A DNA stretch of 64,000 nucleotides from Candidatus Thorarchaeota archaeon (GTDB lineage: Archaea > Asgardarchaeota > Thorarchaeia > Thorarchaeales > Thorarchaeaceae): assembly GCA_048882045.1 (NCBI GenBank), contig JBHLRZ010000002.1, positions 96,001 through 160,000 of the forward strand, read 5' to 3'. How positions within the stretch are numbered: position 1 is the stretch's first letter; each line of letters starts with the position of its first letter. A model generated the notes under the pieces. That model was not told where the DNA came from. It searched no databases and saw only the letters and a list, made by a program, of their open reading frames with translations. Both the position numbers and the translations under genes were made by a program. Below are positions 47,619 through 58,114 of the stretch, piece by piece.

Positions 47619-48239
47619 GTGTCTCGAGTGAAGATGAAGATTCTAGTGTTATACTACAGCTCATATGGACACATCTTCAATTTGGCACAGGAAATTGTAA
47701 TTGGCGCACTCAGCGCAGGTGCCAAAGTTGATCTGAAGAGGGTACCTGAACTTACACCCAAGGAAATCATTGACAACAATCCAGGATTGAAGCATGGGGC
47801 AGAGATTCAAAATGAAGTTCCAATTGCAGAAATCTCAGAACTCCCCAATTATGATGCAATCATCTTTGGAAGTCCAACCAGATATGGAAACATGACCGCC
47901 CAGATGAAAAACTTCATCGATCAGACAGGACCATTATGGATGGAGGGGAAGCTGGCTAACAAAATTGCTGGCGTCTTCACAGGAAGTGCAACAATGCACG
48001 GTGGGCAGGAAACAACAAACCTCACTATAATGATCACTCTAATGCATCATGGAATGATTATAGTTCCTCTTGGATACACAATACCAGAAGTTTCAACCAC
48101 GGTAGCAGGTGGTACTCCTTATGGACCATCTGTGCTTGCTGGACCAGATGGCTCTCGACAGGCTGATGATGTTGAAAGAAAGATAGCTCGTGAATATGGA
48201 AAACGCATAGCAGAAGTCACAAGGAAATTCGTGGAGTAG
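47619..48239 (+). CDS. wrbA: NAD(P)H:quinone oxidoreductase WrbA
   Basis: YYSSYGH, GSPTRYGNM, HGGQETT, HHGM, GGTPYG. Confidence 0.95.
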   Translation: MSRVKMKILVLYYSSYGHIFNLAQEIVIGALSAGAKVDLKRVPELTPKEIIDNNPGLKHGAEIQNEVPIAEISELPNYDAIIFGSPTRYGNMTAQMKNFIDQTGPLWMEGKLANKIAGVFTGSATMHGGQETTNLTIMITLMHHGMIIVPLGYTIPEVSTTVAGGTPYGPSVLAGPDGSRQADDVERKIAREYGKRIAEVTRKFVE

Positions 48240-48401
48240 TACTATTCCGACCTCGTATGAGAAAATCTGACCTGTTTCAAATATGTTTAGACTTTTTATA
48301 TCCTGACTTGTCCTGTCCAAGCAAAATCTGTAAAAATCCTGTATGAAAAGTTTGGATTCAAAGTAAGCGCGAACCATGCATGCTTGGACATTTATCGAGT
48401 T

Positions 48402-48812
48402 CTACAGTCTGATTGGATTCGGTCCAATTTTTCGAATCTCGTCTGCGAACTTGTTAATCTCAGCAGCAAACTTGTCACCCTCAGCTGCAGACACGAAGAC
48501 CATCTTGACCCGGTCCTCATTAAGCCCCAACTGCCCGATCAGCTTCTTTGCAAACCTGACTCGCCTTTCTGCTCCAAGATTGCCTGTCTTAAAAGCACAA
48601 TCTCCAGGATGACATCCCACAACCAACACTCCGTCAGCCCCTTCCTGCAACGCTTTCAGAAGAAAGTTGATATCCAGTCTCGCTGTACATGGCATCCTGA
48701 TTATCCTGCTCGTGATGTCGTACTGCAGCTTCATTGTTCCCGCTAGGTCAGAGGCTGCATACATACATTGCATACAGCCAAACACGATGATATTCATATC
48801 CTTAGGAGGCAT
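48402..48812 (-). CDS. mvhD: MvhD/FlpD [2Fe-2S] subunit (Cys form)
   Basis: GCMQCMYAASD, MPCTAR, GADGVLVVGCHPGDC, SAAEG. Confidence 0.92.
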   Translation of the reverse strand: MPPKDMNIIVFGCMQCMYAASDLAGTMKLQYDITSRIIRMPCTARLDINFLLKALQEGADGVLVVGCHPGDCAFKTGNLGAERRVRFAKKLIGQLGLNEDRVKMVFVSAAEGDKFAAEINKFADEIRKIGPNPIRL

Positions 48813-49331
48813 CTTTGATTCATTCACCCTGAGAGACGTGTATAAGCGAATTCGATGAGCCATATATTTCTTCAGTTACAATATCCTTTCAGTAAGATTA
48901 TCTTCTTAATCCACTCCAACTTTCAAAACACACACGAAAATCCATGAAATGGATACTAAATGTGCAACCACCCCAGGATTTATTAGCCTATGAATATTAA
49001 CTATAGTTTAGCCACTCAAGAAGTGAGTGATGACAAAGTCTGGGCCTTAAGTGCTGAGCAAGATCATGAACTCAACCAAGAATTATCTTGCGACAAACAC
49101 GGTACAGGGGCAGGTTGACAAACGGATGGACTGAGTGTCAAACTACCGGTTCGATGGTATAAGACGCGCTCAAGACAGTTCCTTCGAGTGAGAGAAATCG
49201 TACCATTGTCAAAACATATTCTTGGGTGGCTTTCCTGCGTTTTGGATATCTATGCTTCTTGATTGAAACTACCACATCAGTACTCTGGTATTCTCCTGAG
49301 ATGACCTAAGTTGATGCATAGAGTTTCTGAT

Positions 49332-49985
49332 TTATGTTCCATCAAGGTGATTTGAGAATATTGTGCGAATCGTTTCAACAAGATTGTCTAGAGCTGAAAC
49401 TGGTTGTAGAACAGTGCCATCCAATAGATTCCTGTCAAGAGTACCTGTACCAATATTGGAAATTATGTAACCATCTCCTATCTGGAAAGTTGTGACATAT
49501 ATCCATGAACCATCAGTATAGGTGATTTCGATACCAAATCCGATGTGTGGACTGGACTCCAATATTATGGATGGTGCTATATCTGATGAGTAAGTAACAT
49601 TCAGTCCTTCATGAAGACTCAGACTGATATTCTCGATTTCCTCTGGGGCTACTGAGAATTCTCTCTCATAGATCTCTGGATTCTCCCAGCCTTCAGAATC
49701 ATCAACAAAACTGGCTGAAATCCTCCAGTCGCTTCCACTCACGACAAGAAAGGCTTCCATGAGTTCAGGATATAGAATGTCTGTGCTGTTCCCACATATC
49801 ATGAGTGATTCAATAATACTTGAATTTGGGGTACCTGGCCAGTTGGGGAAAGAAGAGATATAGATGAAAACAGTAGAGGATACTGCTACCACTAGGATAG
49901 TGGCCAGAGCGATTACTTTGGTACTCTCTTGGGACGTTTCAGACCCCTCCAACTGCAATATAACATTGTGTAAGAGTTGGTTCAT
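49332..49985 (-). CDS. hypothetical membrane-anchored protein
   Basis: N-terminal TM, acidic beta-rich remainder. Confidence 0.6.
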   Translation of the reverse strand: MNQLLHNVILQLEGSETSQESTKVIALATILVVAVSSTVFIYISSFPNWPGTPNSSIIESLMICGNSTDILYPELMEAFLVVSGSDWRISASFVDDSEGWENPEIYEREFSVAPEEIENISLSLHEGLNVTYSSDIAPSIILESSPHIGFGIEITYTDGSWIYVTTFQIGDGYIISNIGTGTLDRNLLDGTVLQPVSALDNLVETIRTIFSNHLDGT

Positions 49986-50029
49986 GAATCTTCTTGTGTA
50001 CGAACAAGGTCATTGGATTAATCACTTAT

Positions 50030-50557
50030 TTACATACTAGACGAGATCTCACCTAGTATTTCGGGAACACCTATGTCCAAAGCATGAGTTAGACCATCCT
50101 TTGTGAAACGATAACCACTACCATCTTTACATTTCTCGAAATGACCTCTGTATGCCTCGAACTGCTTTCGTGAAGCTGTGAAGACCCTAGAAACTCGACC
50201 GCTATTGATTTTCCACTCATCAGCAATAGCTGTTGCTCCCATGCAGCGGTCGAAATTCTTCAACAGTGAAAGGATAACCATCTGATAGTCTCCCGTCAGA
50301 CCGACCTCACTGCGTTCACTATCAGAAAGACCGAAGAGATGTCTGGTTCTAGATTGGGCATCGTTCACCTCCCGAGTTACATCCCCCATCCACGAAAGCC
50401 TCTCCCTGTCTGATTCTAACTTTTCAATCTTCGAACAGATAGCATCAAGACGTCCATATGCTTGTCCAACACTTTCGTTCTCTCTTATTGTAACCCGGAC
50501 AGATATATTTCCAATTTTCCTCTCTAATTCAGTACCCTGAAGATTTTCATCATTCAT
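50030..50557 (-). CDS. hypothetical protein, possible wHTH
   Basis: MGATAIADEWKINSGRVSRV...GYRFTKDG. Confidence 0.55.
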   Translation of the reverse strand: MNDENLQGTELERKIGNISVRVTIRENESVGQAYGRLDAICSKIEKLESDRERLSWMGDVTREVNDAQSRTRHLFGLSDSERSEVGLTGDYQMVILSLLKNFDRCMGATAIADEWKINSGRVSRVFTASRKQFEAYRGHFEKCKDGSGYRFTKDGLTHALDIGVPEILGEISSSM

Positions 50558-50650
50558 CTGTATCGCCCCAATAATTCAGATTTTGACTCGAGCACATATA
50601 CCTCAATGAGGTAAGTAGTAAATCTTTCTCAAAACACGATGATATTCATT

Positions 50651-51019
50651 TCAGACAAGCTCCTCTGCTTCGGGTTGCCACGGAGGACACACGATGCAGA
50701 GGAACTCAAGATCTCCTTCTCCAGTGTTCTCGATATATTGGATTGCCTTAGGTGGAATGTAGATTGTGTCCCCTGGTCCCACCTCATTTGTTTCATCATC
50801 GATATGCATCACTCCCGTTCCCTTGAGGATATAGTAGACCTCTGAAGCAGTGAAGAATCTGTGAGGCAAGGATGACACATTCGGTTCCAATGTTGCATGA
50901 GCAAGGCTATAATTCACAGAGGACAGATCACCTTCGTGAAGCGGGTTCAGCATCTCTTGAATGACAGTGTTATCCAATCCAGTAATTGTCTTGAGTTCCT
51001 TGAGTCGTTTGACAATCAT
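50651..51019 (-). CDS. cupin domain protein
   Basis: PHR...EVYYILKGTG, GPGDTIYIPP, LCIVCPPW. Confidence 0.88.
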   Translation of the reverse strand: MIVKRLKELKTITGLDNTVIQEMLNPLHEGDLSSVNYSLAHATLEPNVSSLPHRFFTASEVYYILKGTGVMHIDDETNEVGPGDTIYIPPKAIQYIENTGEGDLEFLCIVCPPWQPEAEELV

Positions 51020-51131
51020 CCAACTCGCCTTGGTCTTGTCCAAGACAATACTACTCTTGTGTATTCTGCTTCCTCTGTTTATACATCCAGTACGCTGGTA
51101 CAAGTAAACCAAATTCTGTTTGAACTATCTT

Positions 51132-52331
51132 TTAGATGTCAGGAGGTTTCTTGTTGTACCATTTTGGAATCTTTTCCATTGCCGGCTCATATCCACTCAG
51201 GACATGACGACCAAGAATGAGCCGTTGAACCTCACTTGTTCCCTCATAGATCTGATAGAGCTTGGCATCCCTGAAGAGTTTCTCGAGTGGATATTGGTCT
51301 ATGTAGCCATATCCGCCATGGATCTGAAGCGCCTCACTTGCAGTTTCCATTGCTACATCGGTTGCAAAGGCTTTAGCCACACTTGCAGGTACAGTTGCAT
51401 CTCCTATGTTGTCTGTTGTCCAAGCTGCTTTTAGGTAAAGATTCCTTGAAGCCTCAATCTTCATGTACATTTCAGCCAATTTGAACTGAATCACTTCAAA
51501 TTCCCGCAGTTTTTGAGCAAAGACTTCTCTTTTGTTCACATAGTCTCTCGCATATTCCATCGCTACACGGGCGAGACCAGTTGCAAAGGCTGCAATTGAT
51601 GGCCTAGTCATTGCAAATGTCTTCATGGCAATTCCAAATCCTTTCCCTTCAGCTCCCAAGAGGTTCTTCTCTGAAACCTTTGCATCACGGAATATGACTG
51701 ATGATGTGGTAGATGCCCTATGTCCCATCTTCTCAACGGGGCGTCCGGTTTTCACTCCTGGTGTATCAGCATCCACGATGAACGCACAAAGAGCCTTGTG
51801 GCGCTGAGTAGGGTCAAGACTTGCAAAGACAGTGAAATAGTCTGCATGTGGTGCATTAGTAATCCAGAACTTGGACCCGTTCAATACGTAATTGCTTCCC
51901 TCTTTCTTTACACGCGTCTGAATTCCAGCCACATCTGAACCCATTCCTGGCTCAGAACATGCAAAGCTCACAAACTTGAGATCTTCAGTAAGTGGGCGTA
52001 GGTACTTCTCTTTTTGTTCATCAGTACCTGCTACAAGTATAGGCTCTGCACCAAGCGTGTTGACATAGATACTCGTTGTCATTCCTGCGCAGCCCGCAGC
52101 CATCTCTTCAACAACGATACATTGCTCTATGGAACCAAGTTCGAAACCTCCATACTTCTTAGGTATTGACAGGTTCATGAGACCCTCTTCCCAGCACTTC
52201 TGAATAATCGGTCGTGGAAATTCTCCACTCTTGTCGTAGTAGTGTGCGTAGGGAATCATGTACTCTTGTGCGAATCTTCGTGCCTTTTTCTGAAGTTCAA
52301 GTTGTTCATCTGTAAGACTGAAGTCAATCAT
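51132..52331 (-). CDS. acyl-CoA dehydrogenase
   Basis: SEPGMGSD, LNGSKFWITN, KMGHR, QIHGGYGY, IYEGTSEVQR. Confidence 0.95.
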   Translation of the reverse strand: MIDFSLTDEQLELQKKARRFAQEYMIPYAHYYDKSGEFPRPIIQKCWEEGLMNLSIPKKYGGFELGSIEQCIVVEEMAAGCAGMTTSIYVNTLGAEPILVAGTDEQKEKYLRPLTEDLKFVSFACSEPGMGSDVAGIQTRVKKEGSNYVLNGSKFWITNAPHADYFTVFASLDPTQRHKALCAFIVDADTPGVKTGRPVEKMGHRASTTSSVIFRDAKVSEKNLLGAEGKGFGIAMKTFAMTRPSIAAFATGLARVAMEYARDYVNKREVFAQKLREFEVIQFKLAEMYMKIEASRNLYLKAAWTTDNIGDATVPASVAKAFATDVAMETASEALQIHGGYGYIDQYPLEKLFRDAKLYQIYEGTSEVQRLILGRHVLSGYEPAMEKIPKWYNKKPPDI

Positions 52332-52421
52332 TGTGTTCCCTCGTCATGAGTCATGAATTTGTTTGACTCGTTTCCTTTGATTATATACTATAAGTCAGTT
52401 GCTAAGTGGCTGTTTCGAAAC

Positions 52422-54683
52422 TCAAGGAGATGTGGTGATGTGCTTCACTACCTCAGGTAGATTCCATTTCAGTACCAACTCAAGGGCACCACCTTCTGGA
52501 CCTGGACAACGTCTAACACAAGTACGACATGCAACACAGAGCCAGAGGTCGACTTCCACGCTACCAAATCCTGGTGAATCTTTTTCTAAAACTATGTCCT
52601 TGGAAGCTTTCAATGTAGCAAGGTTCTGAACAGTCTTGTAGAACAGAGACCGGTTCGATGGAAGATCTGCCAACTCCTTTTCGGAAATTTCGAAGAACTT
52701 AGGCAGCTCGATTCTCGGTTTCAACTCTATCGCATCTTCAGGACAGGAAATCTCACAGGACTTACAGCCAAGACATTTTGAGATGTCCCAATCCACAGTT
52801 CCAAATCCTAAGAGGGGGGCATACCCCATCTGACTCCTATACTCATCGAGTACTGATGGAACATCGACATCCGCGAGGTCCTCTAGGGTGACTTTTGGCC
52901 TAGTGCTTGGAATCTTGGCACGAGTTCTATACGCAAGAAGGACTGCAGATCGTATCTTTTCTTCGACCTCTACCAGTGTGTCATCATCAACAACTGAGCC
53001 GCTGACTTTGATTGTAACTAGCTTGTCTCTTGCCTTGGCAAAGGTTTCCAGAGATGTAGCAAGCTTACCAATGTCCTGAGCCTTCAATTCTTCAAGAATT
53101 CTCTTGAGTTCACCTTTTGCTTCTGTGAGTTGCAGGGCAAGACTGGATGCAGTCTGAACTGTCAACTCAGTTTCAGTCGGTGTTCTCGGTACATCATAGA
53201 GGATGTATCCATGATCCTCTCCTGCGATAGTGAGGAGTTCATCCCGTTTCATCCGGAGGAGGTGTCGAAGAATTCTGTCTGGGGGTATGGTGGTCCTTTC
53301 AGCGATATCCTTGACTGCCATTGCACCAAGTTCTCTAATCAGAACCAAAATCGTACCCCTCTCGAGTTCGTTCTCAAGATAGGTATCCATCATATTCTTG
53401 TACACTTCAGGATCCAATTTCTCTCCGTATACATTCAGGCCTGATACCAGATTGGGGCCTTTTTCAAGAGTAATCTTCAACCTGAACCTTGCAAATGCTT
53501 CGAGACCAGCAGATACGAGAAGCCTAAGATTCTCCGAATCATCAGATGATTGTGAAGAAAGCAAAGCTTCAGTAGCACTGTCAACAGATTCTCTCAGCTT
53601 TTCCAAGTTCTCAGAAAGCATGGTTTCATCATAAATTCCCAATATCTGTAGACGTTCCAGAAGCTTCTGAAGTCTTTCGAGAGATGATTCAGCAGCAGTT
53701 GCCTCATCACCATCCAAAGACTTGACTATTCCACGGACTTGCTGAACGATTCTCTTTAGAACCATTGTCGAGTTTGGTGTTTCAGTGAGAACCTTTGAGA
53801 AGACAGGAGCATCACTCTCGAGGCTCACCATCTCTACTTCTCCTCTCTGAATCATGGTCACAATAACGTTCTGGACAGTCTGTGGTGAAACATCCATGAT
53901 TTCACCCATCTGAATGACAGTCTTGGAACCCATTTTTCCAAGTATGAACATGATTATTCCACGATAAACCTCATTGAGAATGTTCTCTCTCACAAGTGTT
54001 GAGAAACGTGACTCCTCTATTCGATCCTCCCTTTTCCCTCTCTTCACCTGTGCTGTCGCTCTCAGACCAGCTCCATATCGTGTCTTTGTTCCTATCTTCT
54101 GTAGTTCATCCAATGCAAGGTCTGGGTCTGCCTCTATCTTCTCCTTGGCTTTCTCTAGGTCTTGCATAAGGGAAACCAGCTCTGACTTTGCAGACTCAGC
54201 CTCTGCTTCTGCATTCTCTTCAAACTGCTTTATAATCGTCTCAATCTCAGATGTCAGGTCTGAAACAGTTGAGAGAACCTCGCTCATATCTACTTTAAGG
54301 GCGACTTGCTCTTCCCTTGCAACAGTCATTCTGGATAGTGAGTCTGAGAGTAATGTTTGCAGACTCTTCAAAGGTTCAGATTCTGTGATTGACAGGGACT
54401 TCTCAAGATTTGAGATTGCCTCCTGCAGAATACCCTTGTCGTTGATTTGAGATATCAGATTTGCCTTCTTGAATGCCTTCACAAATTCTTCAAAGTAGGA
54501 GTCCGGAAATGCCAGAATTGAATCAGTAAGAGGTGCAAGTTCTCCCTTTAGGTTCTCCAGCTCTTCCTTGACTTTACTCAGTGGGATGGCGGACTCTTCC
54601 TTTAGTCCTCCTAGAGCTAGGACCATGTCCAGCATACGCTTTCTCTTTGGAGCGATGGTCTTCTCTGGAGTTGAATGACTCAC
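52422..54683 (-). CDS. coiled-coil/winged-helix protein with C-terminal 2x[4Fe-4S] ferredoxin
   Basis: CLGCKSCEISCP and CVACRTCVRRCP; two HTH-like segments; long acidic coiled coils. Confidence 0.75.
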   Translation of the reverse strand: MSHSTPEKTIAPKRKRMLDMVLALGGLKEESAIPLSKVKEELENLKGELAPLTDSILAFPDSYFEEFVKAFKKANLISQINDKGILQEAISNLEKSLSITESEPLKSLQTLLSDSLSRMTVAREEQVALKVDMSEVLSTVSDLTSEIETIIKQFEENAEAEAESAKSELVSLMQDLEKAKEKIEADPDLALDELQKIGTKTRYGAGLRATAQVKRGKREDRIEESRFSTLVRENILNEVYRGIIMFILGKMGSKTVIQMGEIMDVSPQTVQNVIVTMIQRGEVEMVSLESDAPVFSKVLTETPNSTMVLKRIVQQVRGIVKSLDGDEATAAESSLERLQKLLERLQILGIYDETMLSENLEKLRESVDSATEALLSSQSSDDSENLRLLVSAGLEAFARFRLKITLEKGPNLVSGLNVYGEKLDPEVYKNMMDTYLENELERGTILVLIRELGAMAVKDIAERTTIPPDRILRHLLRMKRDELLTIAGEDHGYILYDVPRTPTETELTVQTASSLALQLTEAKGELKRILEELKAQDIGKLATSLETFAKARDKLVTIKVSGSVVDDDTLVEVEEKIRSAVLLAYRTRAKIPSTRPKVTLEDLADVDVPSVLDEYRSQMGYAPLLGFGTVDWDISKCLGCKSCEISCPEDAIELKPRIELPKFFEISEKELADLPSNRSLFYKTVQNLATLKASKDIVLEKDSPGFGSVEVDLWLCVACRTCVRRCPGPEGGALELVLKWNLPEVVKHITTSP

Positions 54684-56854
54684 TCACTCACCTCCATCCA
54701 TTTACCAGCTGTTCCTTCATGTACTGGCGTAGGTCCGAGCTTCTTTGCACGTTTCACCATCTCATTAATCGCATTAGTGAATCTTTCAGGTTCTGCGCTA
54801 AACATTCTGAACATTTCTACACGTTCACCTTTCCAACCAATTGCACTGAGTATGTCTCGCGCTACGTCGACTTGCACTTGAGCAATCTCGTTTCCAGTAC
54901 CTCCGATGTGACAGCGGTCCTTCTCACAAGCGGCAATCATGACGGTACTGGCACCACTTTCGAAACCTTTCAGAATGTCGATTATACTCACTCGTCCAGC
55001 ACACGGTACGGGTATGAAACGAGTACTTGCAGGGTACTCCCTCTTCTGTGTTCCAACTATATCAATCGTTGACACCGAACACTCTTCACAATAGAAACAG
55101 AGTGTGATAGGATACTCTGGACCTGCATTTTCCAAAAGAGCTTCGATCTCAGACCAGAGCTGTTCATTTGAGAGAAAACTGAGCTGGGTTGCTCCAGATG
55201 GACAGAGGCTCTGACAAACTCCACAGGAGTGGCAGTTCAGAGTATCAATTGAAGCCTTAAAGAGAATCTTTTGTTCCTCATCAACTTCTTCAGCCTCAGT
55301 CTGTTCAATCATGAGTGGGACTCCGCGAGGACACTGTTGTGCACATAGACTACACCCAACACAGTCATCAACATCTAGGATTGCGCCTCGTGCTGGAGAC
55401 TCGATCACACCTCCCTGGAGCTCGTTGTGAATGATAAGGGCTCCAGCTTGAGCATCTGTAACAGCCTCAAACACGAACTGCGGTCTCGTCGCTCCTCCCA
55501 CTGCAACTACTCCGCGTCTGCGGGTTTCGTTCCTTCTAAGTTTTCCATAGAGTTCCTTTACATGACCATCGTCCTCAATTGCATAGCCCAGACTCTCAGA
55601 GAGTTCAGAGATTCCATCTGGTGGTAATATTGCAGAGGACAGAACAAGAAGGTCAATTGGAATTTCAAGATACTTGTCCAGAAGAGAGTCGTATATTCTG
55701 ACAAAAGTCTGATTCTCATTCTCCCAGGTCATACTGACCCGACCGCGAATATAATCAACGCCTTTCTCTCTGGACTCTTTGTATATCAGCTCATTTTCGA
55801 ATGGCACACGGATATCCATATACACTATTCGTATGTTCACATCAGGAACCTTTTCCATTAATTCAAGTGAGTTATCAATGGCAAATGTACAACAGAGCTT
55901 ACTGCAGTCCCTTTTGTAGTCCTCCGACCTACTCCCAACGCACTGGACCATCACAACTTCTCTCACAGGTTCTCCATCAGAAGGTCTGACCACTTTCCCA
56001 TCAGAAAGCATTCGGGATAGTTCAAACTGTGTGAGGACATCTGGATTTTTACCGTATCTATACTCGTCCATAGCTTCTGGTTTGAACTCATTGAAACCAG
56101 TTGCCAAGACTATTCCTGAGGTTTTGAGTGTCAGCTCATCCTCATCACCAGACAAATAATGAACTGTAAAGTTTCCCATCTCTCCAGTTACATACTTGAT
56201 TTTCGTCTTTGTCATGACTGTAATGTTCTCTTCTTTCTGGAGAGCCTCCAATCTTCCACTGAGAATCTCCTTCCCAGATTTTCCTGTTGGTGCTACGACG
56301 GGTAGGTCCTTTACATGACCTCCAAGCTCATCTGAAATCTCTAATAGAGCGACCCTGTATCCAAGATTGGCCAGACCAAGCGCAGACTCAATGCCCGCAA
56401 CTCCGCCTCCGATGACTGTCACATGGTTGGGAATCTCTTTCTTTTCCTTTGCTATTGGGCTTGAACGCGCAGACCTTGCTAACGCTCCGCGGATCATGTC
56501 GATGGACTTCTGAGTGGCTTCGTCTGTTTCCTTATGGACCCAGGCTGAATGTTCTCGAATGTTGACAAATTGGATCTGAGAAGGATTGATTCCATTGGAT
56601 TCCAGAAAGTGTTTGATTCGAGGCTGTATCTTTTGACTGGTGCATGCAGCAATGACAAGACGACCATCGTTCTTCTTGAGTAGGTCTGCTATCTTCGTGA
56701 GTCCTTCCTCTTGACAGACTAGGTCATGGACAGTCACTGATGATGCTAGAGCAATTTTTCCAACTTCAGTTTCTAAAGAATCGTACTTCAATGGGAGTTG
56801 TTTGCCACAGGTACAGATGAGAACTGCAGATTTGTTTTCGCTCATCCATATCAC
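54680..56854 (-). CDS. hdrA: HdrA-like flavoprotein with C-terminal ferredoxin and fused MvhD (QmoB-like)
   Basis: ICTCG, AACT, NIREH, GGGVAG, QCVGSR, CSKLCC, two CxxCxxCxxxCP, PCAGR, MFSAE. Confidence 0.88.
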   Translation of the reverse strand: MIWMSENKSAVLICTCGKQLPLKYDSLETEVGKIALASSVTVHDLVCQEEGLTKIADLLKKNDGRLVIAACTSQKIQPRIKHFLESNGINPSQIQFVNIREHSAWVHKETDEATQKSIDMIRGALARSARSSPIAKEKKEIPNHVTVIGGGVAGIESALGLANLGYRVALLEISDELGGHVKDLPVVAPTGKSGKEILSGRLEALQKEENITVMTKTKIKYVTGEMGNFTVHYLSGDEDELTLKTSGIVLATGFNEFKPEAMDEYRYGKNPDVLTQFELSRMLSDGKVVRPSDGEPVREVVMVQCVGSRSEDYKRDCSKLCCTFAIDNSLELMEKVPDVNIRIVYMDIRVPFENELIYKESREKGVDYIRGRVSMTWENENQTFVRIYDSLLDKYLEIPIDLLVLSSAILPPDGISELSESLGYAIEDDGHVKELYGKLRRNETRRRGVVAVGGATRPQFVFEAVTDAQAGALIIHNELQGGVIESPARGAILDVDDCVGCSLCAQQCPRGVPLMIEQTEAEEVDEEQKILFKASIDTLNCHSCGVCQSLCPSGATQLSFLSNEQLWSEIEALLENAGPEYPITLCFYCEECSVSTIDIVGTQKREYPASTRFIPVPCAGRVSIIDILKGFESGASTVMIAACEKDRCHIGGTGNEIAQVQVDVARDILSAIGWKGERVEMFRMFSAEPERFTNAINEMVKRAKKLGPTPVHEGTAGKWMEVSE

Positions 56855-58113
56855 TTCCTGCTCTGCAGAATCTTGGAAACTACTGCGCGCGCCTGCGTTA
56901 CGCTCTCTGGAACCTCTGCTGGGCCCAATGCTGTACCACAGGCGTATACGTGGTCTCCCACTACCACTTCGTTCTCTGATACTGGATCTGAAGGACCAAC
57001 AAAGCCACTTGCAGACTTCAGTCCCAGGGTTTCGATAATTTTGTTTGCATCAGCTGGGGGTTCGAGGGCTGATGAGAGGACAAATAGGTCTACTGAGAAC
57101 TTGAGATACCTATTCAGCAGCGAGTCATAGACAACTATCTCCAGTGAGTCGTCATCTCTGGGAGTGATAAGGGATACTCTTCCACGGATGAATTCCACAC
57201 CAGATTCCCTTGTTTCACGATAGTACCTCTCGTATCTGTCGTAAGTACGGATGTCCATGTATACAACGCTCACTTTGTCTACATCCCGCTCCTGCGTGAT
57301 GATATTGGCATGTTTGAGTGCAAAGATACAACAAATCTTGGAGCAGTAGGGGTAGTAGTTCTCATCCCTGCTCCCTACGCACTGAACCATCATGACATGT
57401 TTTGCTGGTTTACCGTCAGATGGTCTCAGTAATAGTCCACCTGACTCCCCCAGTGGATCGAGAATCTGCGCTAGTTCAAGTTGTGTAATGATATTGGGAT
57501 GTTTTCCATAGCTATACTCTTCTACATTTGTTGGTTGCATTTCATGATATCCCGTCGCAATGACTATGTCTGAAACGGTAACACTCTCTTCGGTGGATTG
57601 AGCACTCAAATCTATGGCACTGGTTGGACACTCCTCAGCTGCCTGTTTAGCTCCTTCATTCCTTCCTTCAGGGTCATAGACCACAGCCTGTGGCTGACAC
57701 TGAGGAGAAAGAAGACGAAAGGCCTCTGACTTCTCCAGACATAACCCACACATTATACACTTCTTCGGATCGACGTACTGAGGACCTACCTTGAGTTTTA
57801 CTGAGAACTTCCCTGGTGTGCCAGATATCTCTTGGACCTCACTGTTCATCTTTAGACTGATATTTGGTTGATCAGTCAGTGCACTCCGATAGAAGCATTT
57901 GCGTATTCCAGGACGCCATCGGTTTCCTTCAAAGCAGTAGAAACAGTCGTCAGTTGGAAATGCTTTGTAGAGGTCTAGTGCATTACCCCCTACGGTGGAA
58001 AGACGCTCAACTAAGACTGTCTGAATACCAGAATCTGCTAGTTGAATGGCAGCAGTCATCCCTGCAACGCCTGCGCCAATGACGAGGACAGGATTAGACA
58101 CTCCTTCTTTCAC
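56851..58113 (-). CDS. hdrA: short HdrA-like flavoprotein (QmoA-like)
   Basis: GAGVAG, FPTDDCFYC, inserted CIMCGLC...CP, QCVGSR, CSKICC. Confidence 0.88.
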   Translation of the reverse strand: MKEGVSNPVLVIGAGVAGMTAAIQLADSGIQTVLVERLSTVGGNALDLYKAFPTDDCFYCFEGNRWRPGIRKCFYRSALTDQPNISLKMNSEVQEISGTPGKFSVKLKVGPQYVDPKKCIMCGLCLEKSEAFRLLSPQCQPQAVVYDPEGRNEGAKQAAEECPTSAIDLSAQSTEESVTVSDIVIATGYHEMQPTNVEEYSYGKHPNIITQLELAQILDPLGESGGLLLRPSDGKPAKHVMMVQCVGSRDENYYPYCSKICCIFALKHANIITQERDVDKVSVVYMDIRTYDRYERYYRETRESGVEFIRGRVSLITPRDDDSLEIVVYDSLLNRYLKFSVDLFVLSSALEPPADANKIIETLGLKSASGFVGPSDPVSENEVVVGDHVYACGTALGPAEVPESVTQARAVVSKILQSRK

Positions 58114-58114
58114 C

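Noticed and set aside
48402-58113. Selenocysteine in HdrA or MvhD
   Set aside because: The usual Sec positions are Cys (FPTDDCFYC, GCMQC, GCHPGDC) and the ORFs have no in-frame TGA.
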